The notes beneath the pieces were generated by a model, which was not told the origin of the DNA, made no database searches, and was given only the letters and a program-made list of their open reading frames with translations. From Malacoraja senta (taxonomy: Eukaryota), in contig JAXLNO010000511.1 in NCBI GenBank assembly GCA_038087875.1, forward strand, positions 310,001 to 351,120: DNA of 41,120 bases. Direction: 5' to 3'. A program made the translations under genes and the position numbers. Positions 38,448 to 41,120 of the stretch are shown one piece after another; the first letter of the stretch is position 1, and the number at the start of each line of letters is the position of its first letter.

Positions 38448-38564
38448 TTGGATGGGTATAAGGACGGGAAAGGAATGGAGGGTTATGGTCTGAGTGCAGG
38501 TAGATGGGACTAGGGGGAAGTATTTATTAAAAAATAATAAAAAAAAGTTCGGCACGGACTTGAA

Positions 38565-38620
38565 GGGCCGAGATGGCCTGTTTCCGTGCAGTAATGGTTA
38601 TATGATTATATGGTTATATG
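38565..38620 (+). other. CR1 3' terminus: stem-loop plus (GTTATATG)3 tail
   Basis: GGGCC-GAGAT-GGCCT hairpin at 38565-38579; GTTATATG/ATTATATG/GTTATATG at 38597-38620. Confidence 0.85.
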
Positions 38621-41120
38621 GAAAAGTGATGAAATTTCAGGATGTGAAAAGCGACGAAATTTTAGCATAATAAAAGCGACGAAAATTCAGCGTGCAGAAG
38701 GCGACAAAAATGCAGCACGCGAAAACGACGTAATATCAGGATGAATAAGGCGATGAAAATTCAGCATGCGAAAAGCGACGATCCTTCAGGACGTGAAAAG
38801 CGATGATCAAGACGTGAAAAGTGACGAAATTTCAGCACGCCAAAAGCGACGATAATTCAGCACGTGAAAAGTGACGAAAATTCTGCAGGCAAAAAGCGAC
38901 AAAAATTCAGCACGCAAAAAGCGACGAAAATTCAGTACGCGAAAAGTGACGAAATTTCAGGACGTGAAAAGCGACGAAATTTCATCATGCGAAAAGCGAC
39001 GATCCTTCAGGACGTGAAAAGTGACAAAAATTCAGCACGACAAGTGACGAAATGTCAGGACGTGAAAAGTGACGAAATATCAGCACACGAAAAGCGCCGA
39101 AATTTCAACACACAAAAATCGATGAAAATGCAGCATACGAAAAGTGACGAAATTACAGGACGCATTATGCGACGAAATTTCAGAACATGAAAAGCGCCGA
39201 ATTTTGAGCAGACGACAAGCGACCAAAATTCAGCATGCAAAAAGCGAAAAAAATCAGCACACGGAAAGCAACAATATCAGGATGAATAAGGCGACGAAAC
39301 TTCATCACATGAAAAGCGACGATCCTTCAAGACATGAAAAGCGATGATCCTTCAGGACGTGAAAGGCAAAGAAAATTCAGCACGCCAAGTGACGAAATTT
39401 CAGGACCTGAAAAGCGACGAAATATCAGCACACGAAAAGCGACGAAATTTCAGCATACAAAAGGCGACTAAAATCCAGCATGCGAAATGCGACGAAATTA
39501 CAGGACACATAATGCGACGAAATTTCAGAACATGAAAAGTGACGAAATTTCAGCACACGAAATGTGCCGAAATTTCAGCACAAAAAAGCGACGAAAATTC
39601 ACCATGCGGAAAGCGGCGAAACATCAGGACGCATAAAGCGACAAAATATCAGCACGCCTAAAGGGACGAAATTTCAGGACGTGAAAAGCAATGAAATATC
39701 AGCACACGAAAAGCGACGAAATTTCAGCACGCAAAAAGTGACGAAATTTCAGAACATGGAAAGCGACGAAAATTAAGCACGCGAAAAGCGACAAAAATTC
39801 AGCACGCGTAAAGCAACTAAATTTCATAACGTTAAAAGCGACGAAAATTTAGCACGTGAAAAGCAACGAAAATTAAGCATGCGAAAAACAACGAAAATTC
39901 AGAATGCGAAAAGCGACGAACCAAGACGCGAAATGCTATGAAAATGAGGCACGCAAAAAGCGACGGAAATTCAGCATGCAAAAAGTGACAAAAATTCAGC
40001 ACATGAAAAGCGACGTTATATCAGGATGAATAAAGCGACGAAATTTTAGGACATGAATGGCGACGAAATTTCAGGACTTGAAAGGCGACGAAATTTCAGC
40101 ACGCGAAATGCGACGAAATTTTAGAACATGAAAAGCGACGATATTTCAGCACACGAAAAGCGACGAACATTCAGCACGCGAAAAATGACGAACCTTCAGG
40201 ACGTGAAAAGCGACGATAATTCAGCACGTGAAAAGTGACCAAAATTCAGCATGCGAAAAGCGACGAACATTCAGCATGCAAAAAGTGATGAAATTACAGG
40301 ACGCATGATGCAACGAAATTTTAGAACGTGAAAAGCGACGAAATTTCAGCACACGAAACGCGACGAACATTCAGCACATGAAAAATGACGAACCTTCAGG
40401 ACACGAAAGGCGGCGAAAATTAAAAATGTCAAAAGCGACATGAATTCAAATTGCAAAATGCGACAAAAGTTCAGGATGCATGAAGCGACAAAATTTCAGG
40501 AGACGAACAGCGACAAAATTTTGGTACACGAAAAGTGACGCACTTTCAGGACGTGAAAAGCGACAAAAATTCAGCACGCGAAAGGCGACGAAATTTCATG
40601 ACGTGAAAAGCGACGAAATTTCAGCACACTAAAAGTGATGAAAATTCACCACGCGAAAAGCGACGAAAATTCAGCACGCGTAAAGCAACTAAATTTGATA
40701 ACGTTAAAAGCGACGAAAATTTAGCACGTGAAAAGCGATGAAAATTACGCATGCGAAAAACAACGAAAATTCAGAATGCGAAAAGCGACGAACCAAGTCG
40801 CGAAATGCGATGAAAATGAGGCACGCAAAAAGCGACGGAAATTCAGCATGCAAAAAATGACAAAAATTCAGCACACGAAAAGCGACGTTATATCAGGACG
40901 AATAAAGCGACGAAATTTTAGGACATGAAAGGCGACGAAATTTCAGGACTTGAAAGGCGACAAACATTCAGCACATGAAAAGTGACGAACCTTCAGGACG
41001 CGAAAGGCGACGAAAATTAAAAATGTCAAAAGCGACATAAATTCAAATTGCAAAATGCGACAAAAGTTCAGGATGCATGAAGCGACAAAATTTCAGGAGA
41101 CGAACAGCGACAAAATTTCA

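Larger units (their letters stand above)
35179..38620 (+). mobile_element. CR1-clade LINE, 5'-truncated within ORF1, decayed
   Basis: Esterase-type ORF1, APE+RT ORF2, short 3' UTR with a hairpin and an octamer tail; satellite register preserved across the insertion (CAGCACGTGA|...|GAAAAGTGATG). Confidence 0.95.
16554..41120 (-). repeat. Same 25-bp satellite in inverted orientation, A-rich strand on + (interrupted at 19480-20123, 23519-24199, 29644-29704, 35179-38620)
   Basis: Repeats of ATGCGAAAAGCGACGAAAATTCAGC, the reverse complement of the left-arm monomer, run from ~16,557 to the window end. Confidence 0.97.

Noticed and set aside
38521..38546. A-rich run as a poly(A) tail of a separate insertion
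   Set aside because: Lies inside the CR1 3' UTR, upstream of the hairpin and octamer tail, with no TSD; more likely local slippage.
542..40928. Numerous 60-140 aa K/R-rich or F-rich ORFs
   Set aside because: Direct translations of the 25-bp satellite on either strand; no domain content, frequent stops and frameshifts.
1..41120. CRISPR-like array (short regular repeats)
   Set aside because: Monomers are head-to-tail with no unique spacers, no cas genes, and the context is eukaryotic retroelements.

Overview
Eukaryotic heterochromatin-type window with no host gene, RNA gene or CRISPR array. About 75% is one CpG-rich 25-bp tandem satellite (consensus GCTGAATTTTCGTCGCTTTTCGCAT). It has several tiers of higher-order duplication (372 bp, ~3.1 kb, ~3.5-4 kb) and reverses strand at ~16,555. 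Inserted in the array are: a 5'-deleted, decayed Ty3/Gypsy LTR retrotransposon (2724-6641; gag C-terminus, -1 frameshift signal, PR-RT-RNaseH-IN, one LTR); a ~70-bp minisatellite fragment (7261-7451); two copies of a GC-rich non-autonomous TIR element (19480-20123, 23519-24199) produced by array duplication; a ~60-bp LINE 3'-end-like fragment (29644-29704); and a 5'-truncated decayed CR1 LINE (35179-38620; ORF1 SGNH esterase, ORF2 APE+RT). The CR1 termini resemble those I recall from cartilaginous fishes (inference, not searched). Almost all short ORFs in the track are satellite translation artefacts. I found no convincing new multi-gene system. The best leads are the satellite inversion junction, slippery heptamers at the ORF junctions of both retroelements, and an AT-hook-like motif on the Gypsy integrase tail.
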